NCBI GenBank assembly: GCA_963813715.1
Contig: CAWFAK010000007.1
Location: forward strand, 896,001 to 960,000
Direction of reading: 5' to 3'
Source: an uncultured Planctomycetaceae bacterium
Lineage (GTDB): Bacteria; Planctomycetota; Planctomycetia; Planctomycetales; Planctomycetaceae
Length of the DNA: 64,000 nt
Part shown: piece by piece, positions 62,790 through 64,000 of the stretch
How positions within the stretch are numbered: the first letter of the stretch is position 1
How the letters are laid out: every line of letters starts with the position of its first letter
Position numbers and translations under genes: made by a program
Notes under the pieces: generated by a model
Seen by the model: the letters and a program-made list of their open reading frames with translations, nothing else
Database searches by the model: none
What the model was told of the DNA's origin: nothing

Positions 62790-64000
62790 TCATTTGGCAG
62801 GGCGCGGCGCCACCGGCTTGAGAATCTCGCCCAGGGCGTCTAACCGCGCCGGGTTACGTACCAACTCCAGGTAGCGCAACCCGTCGGCATACTCGACCAT
62901 CACGGTCCGGAATTGGTCGCCGTCCAGAAGCAAGAACTCGATCTTGCGCCGAGCGACGCTATCGGCCAGAGCGTCTTCCAGGCGTTCGCGGCTGAATTTC
63001 TTGGTGTTGACGCCGAGCACCCGCATACCCGGAGCAAGGCCGGCCTTATCACCGGGCAACCCCGGGGCGACGTCGGTAATCCGGCCATCATTGGAGAAGG
63101 TGAGGCCGAGGGAATCGCGGGCCGATAGCAGAGCCTGGCCCCCCTGTTGCTGGAGGTAGTCCAGAAAGGCCGGGCATTTGGTTGTGTACTGCAGCCGATA
63201 GCCGCAGCGGCCGACGACCTCAAGCGGCGGGCCCTGCTGCGTCGCGGTCACACGACGGGCGAAAAAGGTGTCCCAGTCGTAGTCGGCGAGCTGCTTCAGA
63301 TCTTGCACGATTTCGGGCAGATCATACGGCACGACGTGAGCCTCGGAACGGTTCGAGCCCAGGAACTTCTTGCAAAAGTCGTCCAGGCTGTGTTTGCCCT
63401 GCGACAGGTCGCGGAGCAACGCGTCCACCTCAAGCCAGAGCAACGCGCCCTCAGAGTAGTAGTCTTGGCTGCGGCGGAGGTCATTCCAGTTTGCGCTGGC
63501 GCCACGTAAGATCGGGCTGGCGACAGCCGTGTCCTCTAGGGGGCGCCAGCGCCGTCCTTGCCGCCGCATGAGGGTGCCGAGTTGTGCAGCCAACATCTCG
63601 CGGTACTCCGGCTCCGGGATCAGGCCGCTCCGCACCATCAGGACTTCGCCCAGGTATTCGGTCAGGCCTTCATAGACCCAGAGGAGCCGCGTTTTCTGGG
63701 GCGTGTGGAAGTTCGGCGTGCACATGGCGGCGGGCCGGCGATACTTGCCGCACCACGAATGCACGTATTCGTGCGGGATCAGGTTGGCCACCCAGCCCTT
63801 GCGCTTTTTGTCATCGATCAGATCGCGCTCGCGCACGCCGTTCAGGCTCGAGGTCAGGTGTTCCAGTCCCAAATAACCAAGGTCGTCGCTACACGTAATC
63901 AGGAAGTGAAACTCGGGATAATGGGCCGTCCCGAAAAGAGCCTGCGCCTCGTTCACGACGCGTGTATACAGGTCAATCACCTTCGGGTCGAGCTGCAAGG
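62790..64000 (-). CDS. M61 metallopeptidase with PDZ domain (5' end beyond the window)
   Basis: GLEH, HEYVHSW, LWVYEGLTEY, YYSEG; C-terminal PDZ. Confidence 0.9.
   Translation of the reverse strand, partial: LQLDPKVIDLYTRVVNEAQALFGTAHYPEFHFLITCSDDLGYLGLEHLTSSLNGVRERDLIDDKKRKGWVANLIPHEYVHSWCGKYRRPAAMCTPNFHTPQKTRLLWVYEGLTEYLGEVLMVRSGLIPEPEYREMLAAQLGTLMRRQGRRWRPLEDTAVASPILRGASANWNDLRRSQDYYSEGALLWLEVDALLRDLSQGKHSLDDFCKKFLGSNRSEAHVVPYDLPEIVQDLKQLADYDWDTFFARRVTATQQGPPLEVVGRCGYRLQYTTKCPAFLDYLQQQGGQALLSARDSLGLTFSNDGRITDVAPGLPGDKAGLAPGMRVLGVNTKKFSRERLEDALADSVARRKIEFLLLDGDQFRTVMVEYADGLRYLELVRNPARLDALGEILKPVAPRPAK

Overview
GC-rich bacterial DNA, most likely from a planctomycete (DUF1501, DUF1580, FHA/kinase and FGE-type genes, REP-like palindromes). 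Many genes are split by single frameshifts, probably assembly indels. The main feature is a minus-strand unit at about 23.8-17.1 kb. In order it has an ECF-sigma-like promoter, a 39-codon leader ORF whose stop codon overlaps an antiterminator, and an array of 33 tRNA/tRNA-like genes covering all 20 amino acids, many of them non-canonical, with an HNH nuclease gene inside. It ends with a ~107-nt closed-stem RNA, a CCA-ending tRNA-like RNA, a ~480-nt highly structured non-coding region and a slipin/SPFH gene. An archease-rtcB RNA-ligase pair lies about 7.5 kb away. Together these look like a translation-stress-sensing tRNA resupply/RNA-repair system. Also present: a capsid-less, satellite-like integrative element next to tRNA-Arg(UCG) (about 42-53 kb), a large FHA-coiled-coil-pseudokinase gene, a twice-repeated ~115-nt structured element after two DUF1501 genes, and ordinary metabolic genes. 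All calls were made by eye; no searches were run.
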